A DNA stretch of 64,000 nucleotides. Origin: Vulcanimicrobiota bacterium (lineage in GTDB: Bacteria; Vulcanimicrobiota; Vulcanimicrobiia; Vulcanimicrobiales; Vulcanimicrobiaceae). This document shows positions 48,302-59,553 of the stretch, piece after piece; the stretch's first letter is position 1; every line of letters begins with the position of its first letter. The notes beneath the pieces were generated by a model. The model did no database searches. It was not told the origin of the DNA and was given only the letters and a program-made list of their open reading frames with translations. The translations under genes were made by a program, and so were the position numbers. The stretch is from NCBI GenBank assembly GCA_963777315.1, contig CAVZQC010000004.1, forward strand, positions 32,001 to 96,000, written 5' to 3'.

Positions 48302-50167
48302 ATGAACGCCAATCACACTGCTTTGGCCTGCGCGGCTGTTGCGAGCTTGCTCGCGTTCGCGGCGACATCCGCGGCGGCGGCTCCCGCAGATCCGGTCGCC
48401 CGCGTGTTAAACGGGTCGCGGACGGCGCTGGGCGGCCCCGCGCTGCAGCGCGTAAGAATACTCGAGCTGGACTCGAAGATCGTGGCGGGCGGCCTTCCCG
48501 GTACGGGCCGTTCGTGGCAGCAGATCGGCGGTCTGCATTTTGCCGAATCGTATTCCAACCCGCCGATCGCAGGCGGCGACGGTTACGATGGGACCGACGC
48601 GTGGAATCGTGATGGTTCGGGACTGGTCTGGATCGACGGCGGTACGGCGGGCCGCTCCCAAGAAATCAGTCAGGCATTTGCAAGCAACTATGCGCTGTGG
48701 GCTCCCAATCGCGGCGGTGCGTCCGTTACGTGGGGCGGCACGAAAACGCTCGCAGGCAAAGCGTGTGACGTTCTCGTCGTTACCGCGCCGGGTTCGGCGG
48801 TTCCGTTCGAGTTCTGGTTCGACCGATCCACGCATCTGCCCGTGCAATACGTGCAGACCATCGGCCCGGACACGGTCACGACGATGCTTTCCGATTACCG
48901 GCCGGTCGATGGCGTAAAGATTCCCTACAAGACGCATACCGCGACGACCAGCGGAAACACGATCGATGCAACCGTGGTGCGCGCGGTGGCAAATCCGCCC
49001 GGCGGTCGAGCGCATCTCGCAAAACCGGCTTCCGACGTCCACGATTTCTCGATTCTCGGCGGTGCGACGCAAACCAGCGTTCCGATCGACCTCGTCGAGA
49101 ACCACGTTTACCTGTCGCTCGAGCTCAACGGCAAAGGACCGTATCGCTTCATTTACGACACCGGCGGTGCGAACATCGTCGATCCTGCCGTCGCAAGCGA
49201 GATCGGTGCTTTGGGCCACGGTTCGGTTCAAGGCGGCGGCGTCGGCGCGAAAACCGAATCCGTGAGCTTCGCCACGGTGGATTCAATGCAAATCGGCGAT
49301 GCGATCGTGAAGCATCAGCTTTTCGGCGTGGCGCCCACGCGCATGGGTTTCGGCGTGTCCGCGGGACAGCGCGTTGACGGCTTGATCGGTTTCGAGGTGC
49401 TCTCGCGCTTCATTACCACGTTCGACTACGCGCACGATCGCGTCGTTCTTCAGATGCCCGGGGCTGCTTCGGCTGCGGGCAGCGACGTGCTGCCGTTCGT
49501 CCTGGACGGCAGACAGCCGCAATTCGCGTGCGGCATCGACGGCATCGCAACGCAATGTACGGTCGATACCGGCGCCCGCGATTCGATCACGCTCATGGGG
49601 CCGTTCATTGCCGCCCATCCGCGCGTCGTGCCGCAAAAGACGAGCGCGATAGGCGTAAGCGGCTTCGGTTTCGGCGGTCCGGCGCTGGGCAAACTCGGAC
49701 GACTGCAATCGCTTGGCATCGGTACGTTCGCGCTGCCGGACATCGTCGCCGACTTCACGACGCAAGAGAAGGGCGCGTTTGCGCAGCCGTTCGTTGCGGC
49801 CAACGTCGGCGGCAACGTTTGGCGGCGTTTCACGCTGACGCTGGATTACGGCAAGCGGACGATGGCGCTGACTCCCAATGCGGATTTCTCCACTCCCGAC
49901 TCATACGAGCGCGCCGGTATGTTTTTGCTCAACCAGGGCGGCAAATACGTGGTGCTGGACGCGCGCCCCGGAACGCCTGCGGCGCAGGCGGGTATCGTGC
50001 CGGGCGACACGATCGACACGATCGATGGAAAGGCCGCTTCCTCGATGAGCCTTCAGGCCGTGCGGCAACTCTTCTTCGGAGCGCCGGGTACGGCTTTGCA
50101 TCTTGGCCTGACGGCAAAAGACGGAACGCGGCGCACGGTTACGCTGACGCTGCGCGACTACGTTTAA
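48302..50167 (+). CDS. Secreted double retropepsin-like aspartyl protease with PDZ domain
   Basis: Signal peptide; YDTGG and VDTGA; C-terminal PAAQAGIVPGD. Confidence 0.8.
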   Translation: MNANHTALACAAVASLLAFAATSAAAAPADPVARVLNGSRTALGGPALQRVRILELDSKIVAGGLPGTGRSWQQIGGLHFAESYSNPPIAGGDGYDGTDAWNRDGSGLVWIDGGTAGRSQEISQAFASNYALWAPNRGGASVTWGGTKTLAGKACDVLVVTAPGSAVPFEFWFDRSTHLPVQYVQTIGPDTVTTMLSDYRPVDGVKIPYKTHTATTSGNTIDATVVRAVANPPGGRAHLAKPASDVHDFSILGGATQTSVPIDLVENHVYLSLELNGKGPYRFIYDTGGANIVDPAVASEIGALGHGSVQGGGVGAKTESVSFATVDSMQIGDAIVKHQLFGVAPTRMGFGVSAGQRVDGLIGFEVLSRFITTFDYAHDRVVLQMPGAASAAGSDVLPFVLDGRQPQFACGIDGIATQCTVDTGARDSITLMGPFIAAHPRVVPQKTSAIGVSGFGFGGPALGKLGRLQSLGIGTFALPDIVADFTTQEKGAFAQPFVAANVGGNVWRRFTLTLDYGKRTMALTPNADFSTPDSYERAGMFLLNQGGKYVVLDARPGTPAAQAGIVPGDTIDTIDGKAASSMSLQAVRQLFFGAPGTALHLGLTAKDGTRRTVTLTLRDYV

Positions 50168-50255
50168 CCGTCTTGTAACCGGCGCTCGCCTTTACGCTGC
50201 TGCAGGACTTTAACGAACGTCCGCGCGTACAAAACGCTAGAATGCGCCGGCAGCC

Positions 50256-51449
50256 ATGATCGAAGAGGTCGAGTTTCTGGTCGTGGGATGCGGGCCGGCC
50301 GGCGGCACGGCCGCGCGGGAAGCGGCGCGCGCAGGCGTTGAAACGCTCGTGCTGGACAAGGACGCCGTCATCGGGGCCAAACGCGTGTGCGCGGCGGGTT
50401 TGCGTCCGGGGTTTTGCCGCGACTTCGATTTGCCGCGGTCGATCGTGCACTGCGATACGCCGCGTCTGGCGCTGTTCGATCTCGATCTGCGCGAATACGA
50501 ACTGTTCTTCGGGCCCGGACATACGAGCACGCGCGAGGAGCTCGACGGTACGATCGGAAGTCTTGCCGCGCACGAAGGCGCGCAAATACGCACGTCCGCG
50601 TTGTTTCGCGCCCTCGCACGCGACGGCGAGCGCATCGTAGCGGAATATGCCGATTTGCGCAGCGGGGAGCGCAAGCGCGTTGCCGCGCGCAACGTCTTTT
50701 TGGCTCAAGGCTCGACCGCGAAGCTCGACGGCACGCAGTTCGAGTACGCACCCTGGAACAGCGGTCTGGTAACCACGCTGCAGTACCGCGTGTACTTGGA
50801 GCGGCCCGCCGCGGCCATCGCCTACCAAACGCTGGAAATGCATTATTTCCCGACCCGCGACGGGCGAATGACGGTGGCATGGATGTTTCCCAAGCGCGAT
50901 CACTTGGCGATCGGCCTGGGCGTCATGGGGAAGATGCCCGGAGCGCAGCTGCGCGAAGAGCTCGATCGATTTACCGAGCGCGTGCGTGCCCGGCTCTATC
51001 CCGGAGTCGCGCACACGATAAAAACCGAAGGTCACCTGCTCTACGGCAGCGAGCCGCGCTCGGCGATCGCCTCGCCGGGCGCCATGGTCGGGGGCACGGC
51101 CGCCGGTCTGGTCGATGCGACCAACGGCGAGGGCATTTACGAGGCGGCCATGAGCGGGCGCATCGCGGCGCAGGCGGTTGCGCAATCGCGCGACGTGCCG
51201 CAAAAGGCGCACGCAGCCTACGATGCGGCGGTCAAGCGGCGATTCTACCGGCGGCTGCGCCATCGAGCGCAGTTGATGCGCTACCTCGAGCGCCGCCCGG
51301 CCCGTTACGCGCTGCTCTTCGAGCAACTAGCGAACGCTCCGCGGTTTGCCGATATTCTGCAGCGAGAAGACCAAGAACGCACGATGCTCGATCGCCTTTA
51401 TTTGTACGGACAAGCGTTGCGCTTTGCCGCGCGCGCCGGACGCGTCTAG
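50256..51449 (+). CDS. Geranylgeranyl-reductase-like FAD-dependent oxidoreductase
   Basis: VVGCGPAG, CAAG, WMFPK, AAGLVD..NGEGI. Confidence 0.85.
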   Translation: MIEEVEFLVVGCGPAGGTAAREAARAGVETLVLDKDAVIGAKRVCAAGLRPGFCRDFDLPRSIVHCDTPRLALFDLDLREYELFFGPGHTSTREELDGTIGSLAAHEGAQIRTSALFRALARDGERIVAEYADLRSGERKRVAARNVFLAQGSTAKLDGTQFEYAPWNSGLVTTLQYRVYLERPAAAIAYQTLEMHYFPTRDGRMTVAWMFPKRDHLAIGLGVMGKMPGAQLREELDRFTERVRARLYPGVAHTIKTEGHLLYGSEPRSAIASPGAMVGGTAAGLVDATNGEGIYEAAMSGRIAAQAVAQSRDVPQKAHAAYDAAVKRRFYRRLRHRAQLMRYLERRPARYALLFEQLANAPRFADILQREDQERTMLDRLYLYGQALRFAARAGRV

Positions 51450-51459
51450 TGGCTGCTGC

Positions 51460-52293
51460 TTGCTAGTTGCGATTTCCGATGTCGATTTTCACCGCCTTCG
51501 CGATGCCATTCGCGAGCGTTTCGGCATTTTTTACGACGACACCAAGCAGTTCTTGCTGCAGAGCCGTCTGCAGACGCGGCTGGTCAAGTGCAGCTTGCCG
51601 GACTTCGAGCAATACTATCGATTTCTGATGACGCATCCCGGCCGCCACGACGAGTGGAACGAGCTGGCTTCGGTACTCTCCAACAACGAAACGTATTTCT
51701 TCCGCGAACGCGCCCAGCTGGAGATTCTCACGACCGAGGTGATCGAGGACTGCCGGCGCCGCGGCAACGCCAAGCTGCGGGTCTGGTCGTCTGCGTGTTC
51801 GACGGGCGAGGAGCCGTTTTCGCTGGCCATTGCGCTGTTGGAAACGCGGCGGCTGGCGCCTTCGCAGATCGAGATCAAGGCCAGCGACATCTCGCCCCGC
51901 GCGCTGGAGAAATGCGACGAGGGGCTCTATCGCGAACTCAGCTTCCGCGCCACGCCGCCCGAAGTCATACAGCGGTACTTTCGCGCTTTTTCGGGCGCAT
52001 TCGCAATCTCCAACGACGTTAAGCGGATGGTGCATTTTTTTCGAATGAATCTGCTGGACGAATCGGCGGTGAGCCGAGTCGGGCCGGTCGATGCGGTGTT
52101 CTGCCGCAACGTGCTGATCTATTTCGATAAGCCCACGCAAAAGCGGGTCGTCGAAGCGTTCGCCCGCGTTCTGCGTCCGGGCGGCTATCTATTCCTGGGG
52201 CACGCCGAATCGATCATGCGGCTCACCGAATTGTACGATCCGTTCGTTACGCCCAAGGCCATCTACTATAGGCGCAAGGCCGATGCCGGTTAA
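51460..52293 (+). CDS. cheR: Chemotaxis protein-glutamate O-methyltransferase (start inferred)
   Basis: NETYFFRE, WSSACSTGEEP, FCRNVLIYFD, LGHAES. Confidence 0.95.
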   Translation: MLVAISDVDFHRLRDAIRERFGIFYDDTKQFLLQSRLQTRLVKCSLPDFEQYYRFLMTHPGRHDEWNELASVLSNNETYFFRERAQLEILTTEVIEDCRRRGNAKLRVWSSACSTGEEPFSLAIALLETRRLAPSQIEIKASDISPRALEKCDEGLYRELSFRATPPEVIQRYFRAFSGAFAISNDVKRMVHFFRMNLLDESAVSRVGPVDAVFCRNVLIYFDKPTQKRVVEAFARVLRPGGYLFLGHAESIMRLTELYDPFVTPKAIYYRRKADAG

Positions 52294-53353
52294 GGTTCTC
52301 GTCGTCGACGATTCGGCGTTCATGCGCCGCGCCATCTCCAAGATGCTCGAAGGCGAGCCGGACATTGCCGTTTGCGCAACGGCGCGCAACGGAGAAGAGG
52401 CCATTCTCAAAACCCGGCGGTTCGTGCCGGATATCGTTACGATGGACGTCGAGATGCCCGGCATGGGCGGTTTGGATGCCGTACGCGAAATTACCGCGCA
52501 TTCCGACGTTCCGATCATCATGGTCAGTGCGCTCACGCAGAACGGCGCAGAAACGACGTTTCGCGCCTTGGAAGCCGGCGCCGTCGATTTCATCGCGAAA
52601 CCGGACACTGCGTATGCCGACATCGAGCGCGTGGCGCGCGATCTCGTTGCCAAAGTTCGGGCCTGCGCTCAGCGCGGTACACGGCGCCGCAGCGCACCCT
52701 CGGCAAAGGCGGTGCCCCCTGCGGTTGAAACCGCGCGCCGCGCCGAGCGGGAACGCGAACCATTTGCTTGCCTTGCGGTCGGCACGTCCACCGGCGGTCC
52801 CGTTGCGCTCTCGAAGATCGTTCCGGCACTGCCCGCCGATTTTCCGATTCCAATCGTCATCGTGCAGCACATGCCGGCCGGCTTTACGCGCCCGCTGGCC
52901 GATCGTTTGAACGCTTCGAGCGCGTTGCGCGTGCGCGAGGGCAAGGAAGGCATGGTGCTGCGAGCGGGCGATGCAATCGTGGCGTGCGCCGGGATGCAGA
53001 TGGGACTTCGCCGCGTGCACGGCAGCGACGACGTCGAAATCACGTTCGCCCAAGACGACGGGCGTTCGCTGCACGTTCCGAGCGTCGACGTATTGATGAC
53101 GGCAGTCGCCGATACGTACGGTGCTGCGACGCTGGCCGCGATTCTTACCGGCATGGGTCAGGACGGCGTCGCGGGTTTACGCCGGGTAAAGGATCGCGGA
53201 GGTTTCGTCCTGGGCCAAGACGAGGCGACCTCCGTCGTGTACGGCATGCCGCGCGCAGCCGCCGCTGCAGGCCTGGTCGATCGCGAGCTGGGGCTCGATC
53301 AAATCGCGCCCGCGCTCTGCGAATTAACGAACACTTCCTTCGCACGCTCTTAA
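52283..53353 (+). CDS. cheB: Chemotaxis response regulator methylesterase
   Basis: REC domain; GTSTGGP, QHMP, PSVD, LTGMGQDG, VVYGMP. Confidence 0.95.
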   Translation: MPVKVLVVDDSAFMRRAISKMLEGEPDIAVCATARNGEEAILKTRRFVPDIVTMDVEMPGMGGLDAVREITAHSDVPIIMVSALTQNGAETTFRALEAGAVDFIAKPDTAYADIERVARDLVAKVRACAQRGTRRRSAPSAKAVPPAVETARRAEREREPFACLAVGTSTGGPVALSKIVPALPADFPIPIVIVQHMPAGFTRPLADRLNASSALRVREGKEGMVLRAGDAIVACAGMQMGLRRVHGSDDVEITFAQDDGRSLHVPSVDVLMTAVADTYGAATLAAILTGMGQDGVAGLRRVKDRGGFVLGQDEATSVVYGMPRAAAAAGLVDRELGLDQIAPALCELTNTSFARS

Positions 53354-53400
53354 CGGAATCTATGTTGTTCGAGTAGGAGCGATGCGCCAAGCGGGCAATA

Positions 53401-54279
53401 ATGCCCATACCTACGGTTGCACAACTACTCGGAGCGTCGATGAAGCCAGACCGCAGTTCGCACCGTTACGTCATTGGTGGTGTAGAACTTTCGCGAGAAG
53501 AAATCGTGCACAAATACTTGCACTTGGTCAAGTATGTAGCCGGCCGCATCTCGGTGAACCTGCCTCCGAACGTCGAACTCAACGATCTCATCAACGACGG
53601 GATCCTAGGCCTTATCGACGCGATTGAAAAGTACGACGACGACCGCGGCGTCAAATTCGAAACGTATGCCATCACGCGCATCAACGGCGCAATCTTAGAT
53701 GCGCTGCGCTCGCTGGACTGGGTGCCGCGCGCCGTCCGCCAGCGCGCGCGCGAACTGGAGCGCGCGCACCAAGAACTCGAGGCGCAATTGGGGCGCATGC
53801 CTACCGGCGAAGAGCTTGCGCAGCGGCTCGGAATTTCCATGAAAGAGTACGACACGCTCGTTCAGCGCGTTCGGGGCACGGCGATGCTTTCTCTCGAGGA
53901 ATTTCTTCCCAACGAGAAAGGCTACGACATTCCGCTGGTGGACACGCTCAAGGACGCGGACAGCGACGTCACGGGCGCGGTCGAGGCGGGAGAGGTGCGC
54001 GCGGCGCTGGTCAAAGCCGTGGAAGAGCTGCCGCAGCAAGAGCGCACCGTCATCTCGCTGTATTACTTCGACGGGCTGACGCTCAAGGAGATCAAGAGCG
54101 CGCTCAACGTGTCCGAGTCCCGCGTTTCCCAGATTCACGCCCAAGCGGTCATCCATTTGCGCCAGAAGCTGCGCGAATTGCGCTCGGATCTGGGGTACCG
54201 TGAGGGCGACCCCAACGTCAAGCAGAAATATTTGCGGAAAACGCCGCCGGCGGCCGATACAGTAATAAGGACGGGTTAA
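53401..54279 (+). CDS. fliA: FliA/WhiG-family RNA polymerase sigma factor
   Basis: GLIDAIEKYD, RINGAILDALRSLDWVPR, SESRVSQIH. Confidence 0.92.
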   Translation: MPIPTVAQLLGASMKPDRSSHRYVIGGVELSREEIVHKYLHLVKYVAGRISVNLPPNVELNDLINDGILGLIDAIEKYDDDRGVKFETYAITRINGAILDALRSLDWVPRAVRQRARELERAHQELEAQLGRMPTGEELAQRLGISMKEYDTLVQRVRGTAMLSLEEFLPNEKGYDIPLVDTLKDADSDVTGAVEAGEVRAALVKAVEELPQQERTVISLYYFDGLTLKEIKSALNVSESRVSQIHAQAVIHLRQKLRELRSDLGYREGDPNVKQKYLRKTPPAADTVIRTG

Positions 54280-54313
54280 ACCGGACCCTTTTCCGCAGGC
54301 GAGACTCTGTGCT

Positions 54314-54607
54314 ATGGCGATTCGACCGGTAGATCTTCAGCTGGCGTACTTGGCCGCTCCGCAAAACGCGGCCATATTGAGCAGCGCCCAAGAGGCCCCG
54401 CAGGCTGCCCAGCAAGCGGCCGCGTCGGCATTTGCGGCCGAGGTCAAGCGCCGGGAAGAGCATATCGGCGAGCCCGACAAGATTCACGGCGGCAAGGTGC
54501 GCGCGCGTGAAGAGCGCGACGGCACCGGGGATAGGCGCCGCCAAGGCCATCACCGCGAGGCCGACGACTCCGGTGAAGACGGCCACCTCATCGACGTAAC
54601 GGCCTAG
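54314..54607 (+). CDS. Hypothetical protein in flagellar gene cluster
   Basis: MAIRPVDLQ...GHLIDVTA; abuts the next gene. Confidence 0.65.
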   Translation: MAIRPVDLQLAYLAAPQNAAILSSAQEAPQAAQQAAASAFAAEVKRREEHIGEPDKIHGGKVRAREERDGTGDRRRQGHHREADDSGEDGHLIDVTA

Positions 54608-56008
54608 TGCCGGACGCTAGCGTGTCCGGAGCAGATCGGCTCGTCGCAGCGGTCGATGCGCAGGTTTTCCAGTCCGTTCTCGATCTCGGCGGTTCCTCGC
54701 AGCTGCTGCAGGGCGGGATCGAGCTGGGAGACGTGCTCGAGGCCGTCGTTCTGCCGGCTCAAAACGGTCACGACGTTCTTGAAATATTCGGCCGCCCGGT
54801 CGCGGCCGCGCTGCCCACGGAAGTGCGTCCCGGGCAACTGCTCCGGCTGGAAGTTACCGCCTTTGACGGCCGGCGGATCGTCGTGCGCAACGTCACGGAT
54901 GCCGGCCGCAATGCCGAGCCGCGCACGCCCGGCAGCCGAGCTTCCGCGCGTCCCGTCTCCCCGCCGCGCGAAGTCTTCGTCGCCGCGTCGGTGCGGCCGG
55001 CGCCTGCAGGAGCGCAGCGTACGACGCCCCCGTCCGGCATGCGTACGCAGGTGCAAAGCGCAGTCGCGCAAATCGCTCAACGAGTCACGCGCAGCGCCGG
55101 CGATCCGCTGCGCGCCATGCGCGTTCCGGAAACGCCGATTACCCGCGTTGCAATTGCAATTGCGCCGAAGGCGCCCGAGCGTCTCAGCTGCGGTTTTGGC
55201 ACGCCTGCAAGCCGCACTGCCCGAAGAATCCGGCGATCCGCGCATCGCCACGCTCAAAACGCTGGCCGCATTTACCGCGCGGCTGGACCCCGCGAGCGAG
55301 CCGACTCTGCCCGCGCAAATCTCATCGTACGTCTCCAACGCGATTGCGGGAGCTGAATCAAAACTCCGGCAGCTGCTCGAAGCGCTCTCGCATGCGGCTG
55401 CTCCGGGCGCGCACTTGCAGTCGCAGCGCCTGCCGATGCATGCGCAAGTTCGCGCCGCGGAACGTGCCGCCGCAATCGACCACGATCTCAAATCGCTCGT
55501 GCTGTCCGTTCTGCGCGATCCGGGTGCGGCGCGTACGCCGGATTTGACTCGAGCACTGAACGAAACGCTCGTAACGCTCACTGCGGTGCAGCTCAACGCG
55601 CTATCGTCCGCCGACGCGGCAACGGGCACGATCGCTATCGCGCTGCCGGTGTTCTTCCGTCAAAACGGCAACGCCGCGCAACTTCGAATTTCACGCGACG
55701 CCGGATCGCGCGCGCGCAAGCTCGAGGCGGACGATTTCCATCTGGCATTCGTGCTCGACACGGCCAACCTCGGAACGGTTGCCATCGACGTGCAGACCGT
55801 GGGCCGCACGGTCAAACTCGAGGTGAAGACGGAAACGCAAGCTGCGGCCGGAGCCTTCGAACGAACCCTCGACACGCTGCGCGGACGCTTGGAAAGCTTG
55901 CGCTATCGGGTCGCTTCGTGGAAAGCCGCGGTGCTCGTCCGCGCTCCCGCGGCGACGCGATCCGAGCCGAAGGCACGGTGTTCCGCAGGCGTGGATTTGC
56001 GCGCATGA
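54607..56008 (+). CDS. FliK-like flagellar hook-length control protein with apparent frameshift at ~55174-55176
   Basis: Low-complexity N terminus; C-terminal LDTANLGTVAIDV...LRGRLESLRY; precedes an FlhB-C-like gene. Confidence 0.6.
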
Positions 56009-56319
56009 GCGGTCGCTTTTATGATTTTCGCAAGAACGTCGGCCGGCAGCCGGCCGTAGCTGCGCTCAAATACGATCCCGTGGGCGACGATGCGCCGCAG
56101 GTCGTCGCGGCCGGACGCGGCCTGATGGCCGACGAGATCGTGCGCGTGGCGCGCGAACACAACGTTCCGCTGCACGAGGACGCGCATTTGGTCGAGGCGC
56201 TTTCCCGGTTGGAATTGGCCGAATCGATTCCGCGCGAATTGTACGCGGTCGTGGCTGAAGTGCTCGCCTATGTGTTCCGGCTGGACGCGCAGGCCGCCGA
56301 ACGCAGCCACGCGCGCTAG
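56005..56319 (+). CDS. FlhB C-terminal-like (EscU/YscU/HrcU switch) protein
   Basis: ALKYD, APQVVAAGRG, IPRELYAVVAEVL. Confidence 0.9.
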   Translation: MSGRFYDFRKNVGRQPAVAALKYDPVGDDAPQVVAAGRGLMADEIVRVAREHNVPLHEDAHLVEALSRLELAESIPRELYAVVAEVLAYVFRLDAQAAERSHAR

Positions 56320-56332
56320 CCGTTACTCGGAA

Positions 56333-56605
56333 CTAGACCGCTTCGCCGTTGTGCAGGCGCCTGCGGAAACCCGCGTTCACCGGATCTCCGTCGAAAAAAT
56401 CGAAGGTCCGCTCGTCGTCTTCGGCAACCTGCGACAACAGGGGACGATGGTAATCGCACGGTGTGACCGCGTATTTTTTTCTCCCGGATTGCATTCCGAC
56501 GCAGCCGCAGCTCCAGTGCATCCAGGCAGCGCCCGCGTGATAGCCTTTCGCTTCGGGCGAGCAGAGGAGCAGTCGAAGTTGGTATTCAGCAAATCGTAGC
56601 ATCAC
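56333..56605 (-). CDS. Small hypothetical protein with Cys/His motif
   Basis: WSCGC...PCDYH; fills the gap divergent from the Crp gene. Confidence 0.45.
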   Translation of the reverse strand: MMLRFAEYQLRLLLCSPEAKGYHAGAAWMHWSCGCVGMQSGRKKYAVTPCDYHRPLLSQVAEDDERTFDFFDGDPVNAGFRRRLHNGEAV

Positions 56606-56688
56606 CGTATTAGCATGGCACCCGGTGCGGCAGCGTTCCGTACGCTGGCGTACGCCGCGCGCGATGTTCGTGCAGCATAATAACTGCA

Positions 56689-57423
56689 GTGATGGAACAC
56701 AGCAGCACTATGCCGCACAACTTTCTGCTTGCTTCCTTACCTGCCGAGGAATGGGCGAAATGGCATCCGCACTTCGAACGCGTGCCCCTCAAGTACCGTC
56801 AGGAACTTTTGCGTCCGGGCGAGCCGCTTTCGCACTTGTGGTTTTTGGAAAACGGCATCGCCTCGCAAGTAATTGAAACGGTGGACGGCGCGAGCGTGGA
56901 GGTGGCGGTGATCGGCGCGGAAGGTCTGATCGGGCTGCCTGCAGTTTTCGGCGTCAACTATACCGCCCTGCGCACCGTCATACAAATGGAAAGCTCGGCG
57001 CTGCGCGTCGACGTCGACGCATTTCACCGCAACCTGCATCGCAAGCATCCGCTGCTGCGCCGCATCGAACGATACGCGGTTGCGGTGATGGGCGGTTTAG
57101 CGCAGGTTGCCGCGTGCAACAGGCTGCACCGCGTGGAACAGCGCTTGTGCCGCTGGCTGCTTGCGGTTCACGATCGGGTGCAGTGCGATCGCATTCCGAT
57201 GACGCACGAGTTTCTCTCGTTCATGCTCGGCACGCGCCGCGCTTCGGTCTCCGACGCGGCCCAGGCGCTGGCCGAGCGCAACCTCATTCGATACGAACCC
57301 GGGACGATCGAATACGTCGATATCGCGGGGCTCGAAGAGTTCGCATGCGAGTGCTACACGGTGATCCGCCGCCTCTATCGCGAAGCTTTGCCGCGCGGCG
57401 AAAGGGGTTCGGGCCCGCCCTAG
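56689..57423 (+). CDS. Crp/Fnr-family transcriptional regulator
   Basis: NFLLASLP, GAEGLIG, ACNRLH, RLCRWLL, THEFLSFMLGTRR. Confidence 0.92.
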   Translation: MMEHSSTMPHNFLLASLPAEEWAKWHPHFERVPLKYRQELLRPGEPLSHLWFLENGIASQVIETVDGASVEVAVIGAEGLIGLPAVFGVNYTALRTVIQMESSALRVDVDAFHRNLHRKHPLLRRIERYAVAVMGGLAQVAACNRLHRVEQRLCRWLLAVHDRVQCDRIPMTHEFLSFMLGTRRASVSDAAQALAERNLIRYEPGTIEYVDIAGLEEFACECYTVIRRLYREALPRGERGSGPP

Positions 57424-57517
57424 CAGCCCGGAAATTCTTTGAATCGAACAGGAGTTCGATTGCCGGCGGCAAAGAGTCTCAATCCGTGAGGCAACGAGCG
57501 GATAAGGAGCGCGCGCG

Positions 57518-58435
57518 ATGAGCTGGCTGGCCAAGCTGCGCGCCTCGTTCGGCAAAGCTCGTGAAACGCTGGCCGGCGTTCAGGCCTTCGGCCGCGCGCG
57601 CAAACCGATTACGCCGGAAGTGTGGGAGGAATTGGAAGAGCTTTTGCTGCTTGCCGATTTCGGCGTTGCCACGACCGAGAAGATCGTGGGCGGCCTCAAG
57701 ACGGTCGCCAAGCAAGAACTCTGGCGCACCAGCGACCAAATCGTCGAACGCTTTCAAAAAGACGTCGAGCGTTTTCTCACGTTGCCCAATGCGCAGCTCG
57801 AACTGAGCGCCAAGCCCGCCGTCGTGCTGGTCGTGGGAGTGAACGGCAGCGGCAAAACCACCACCATCGGCAAACTTGCGGCGCGTCTGAGCGGCGAGGG
57901 CAAACGCGTTCTTTTGGTTGCCGCCGATACGTTTCGGGCGGCTGCAGCCGAACAGCTCGCAATTTGGGCCGAACGCAGCGGCGCGGACTACGTTCGCGGC
58001 AAAGAGGGCGCCGATCCGGCATCGGTAGTGTACGACGGTTTGCAAGCCGGTAAATCTCGCTCTGCCGACGTCATTCTGATCGACACCGCCGGGCGGCTTC
58101 AAACCAAAACCAATCTCATGGAAGAACTCAAGAAGATGCGCCGCATCATCGAACGCGAAATGGGCGCACCGCCGCCGGAAACGCTGCTGGTGCTCGACGG
58201 CACGACCGGCCAGAACGCGATCTCGCAAGCGCGCTTGTTCAACGAGGCAACGGCGCTGAGCGGCGTCGTGGTCACCAAACTCGACTCCACCGCCAAGGGC
58301 GGCGTGCTCGTGGCCATCGTCGACACGCTCGAGATTCCGATCAAATTCGTGGGCTTGGGCGAATCGGCCGACACGCTGCGTCCGTTCGTGCCTGCGGAAT
58401 TCATCGAAGCACTCTTTGAGGAGAGCGCCTTTTGA
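57518..58435 (+). CDS. ftsY: Signal recognition particle receptor
   Basis: GVNGSGKTTT, DTFRAAA, DTAGR, TKLD, KGG. Confidence 0.97.
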   Translation: MSWLAKLRASFGKARETLAGVQAFGRARKPITPEVWEELEELLLLADFGVATTEKIVGGLKTVAKQELWRTSDQIVERFQKDVERFLTLPNAQLELSAKPAVVLVVGVNGSGKTTTIGKLAARLSGEGKRVLLVAADTFRAAAAEQLAIWAERSGADYVRGKEGADPASVVYDGLQAGKSRSADVILIDTAGRLQTKTNLMEELKKMRRIIEREMGAPPPETLLVLDGTTGQNAISQARLFNEATALSGVVVTKLDSTAKGGVLVAIVDTLEIPIKFVGLGESADTLRPFVPAEFIEALFEESAF

Positions 58436-58510
58436 ACGCGAACAGTGACACCCCCTTGGCATGCCCGCCCGCTAACGTGATAGAAAAACGCACGTCCTTA
58501 GGAGAACAGC

Positions 58511-59548
58511 ATGGCAGCACAAGATGAACGGCAAGTCGCGCTGAGCAATGCGCTCGCGCAAATCGAGCGCCAGTTCGGCAAAGGGTCGATCATGCGCATG
58601 GGCGAGATTCAGGAGCGCATGGCGTTCGACGTCGTCCCGTCCGGTTCGGTCGCGCTCGATTTGGCGCTGGGTGTGGGCGGTTTTCCGCGCGGGCGCATCG
58701 TCGAAATCTACGGGCCGGAATCCAGCGGTAAAACCACGCTGGCGCTGCATGCGATTGCCGAAGCGCAGAAAACGGGCGGAACGGCGGCCTTCATCGACGT
58801 GGAACACGCACTCGATCCCAATTACGCCGCCGCTCTGGGCGTCGATCTCGACAATCTGCTGGTTTCTCAGCCCGACACCGGCGAACAAGCGCTCGACATA
58901 GCCGAGATGCTCGTACGCAGCAATGCCGTCGACGTCATCGTGGTCGATTCCGTCGCCGCGCTGGTCACCAAGGCCGAACTCGAAGGCGATATGGGCGACA
59001 CGCACGTCGGCCTGCAGGCGCGCTTGATGTCGCAAGCGCTGCGCAAACTCACCGCGGCGATTTCGCGCAGCAAATCCGTGATGGTCTTCATCAACCAGCT
59101 GCGCGAGAAGGTCGGCGTCATGTTCGGCAGCCCGGAAACCACCTCGGGAGGCCGCGCGCTCAAGTTCTACGCCTCGATCCGCCTCGACGTACGTAAACTC
59201 GAGCAAATAAAAGTCGGGCAAGAAGTCGTCGGTTCGCGCACGCGCGTCAAAGTCGTCAAAAACAAAGTCGCGCCGCCGTTCCGCCAAGCCGAGTTCGACA
59301 TCACTTACGGCCACGGCATCAGCAAGATGGGCTCCATTCTCGACGTCGCGCTCGATCGCAACATCGTGGGCAAGAGCGGCTCGTGGTACACGTACGGCGA
59401 GACGCGCATCGGTCAAGGGCGCGAGAATGCCAAAGCGTACCTCGAAGAGCACAACGATCTCGCCGACGAAATCTCCGGAAAAATTCGCGAAGTTATTGCG
59501 GGCAGCGTTTCCCGCAACGGCTCTTCGGCCGCAGCCCCGACCGAGTAG
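58511..59548 (+). CDS. recA: Recombinase A
   Basis: [43 protein letters not shown]. Confidence 0.99.
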   Translation: MAAQDERQVALSNALAQIERQFGKGSIMRMGEIQERMAFDVVPSGSVALDLALGVGGFPRGRIVEIYGPESSGKTTLALHAIAEAQKTGGTAAFIDVEHALDPNYAAALGVDLDNLLVSQPDTGEQALDIAEMLVRSNAVDVIVVDSVAALVTKAELEGDMGDTHVGLQARLMSQALRKLTAAISRSKSVMVFINQLREKVGVMFGSPETTSGGRALKFYASIRLDVRKLEQIKVGQEVVGSRTRVKVVKNKVAPPFRQAEFDITYGHGISKMGSILDVALDRNIVGKSGSWYTYGETRIGQGRENAKAYLEEHNDLADEISGKIREVIAGSVSRNGSSAAAPTE

Positions 59549-59553
59549 ATTTT

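Noticed and set aside
35416..48368. Long overlapping ORFs such as 35416-37833 and 46092-48368
   Set aside because: Typical GC-rich shadow frames over well-supported genes, with no recognisable motifs
58436..58510. LexA box upstream of recA
   Set aside because: Only a weak AAAC-N4-GTCC match; not enough to call
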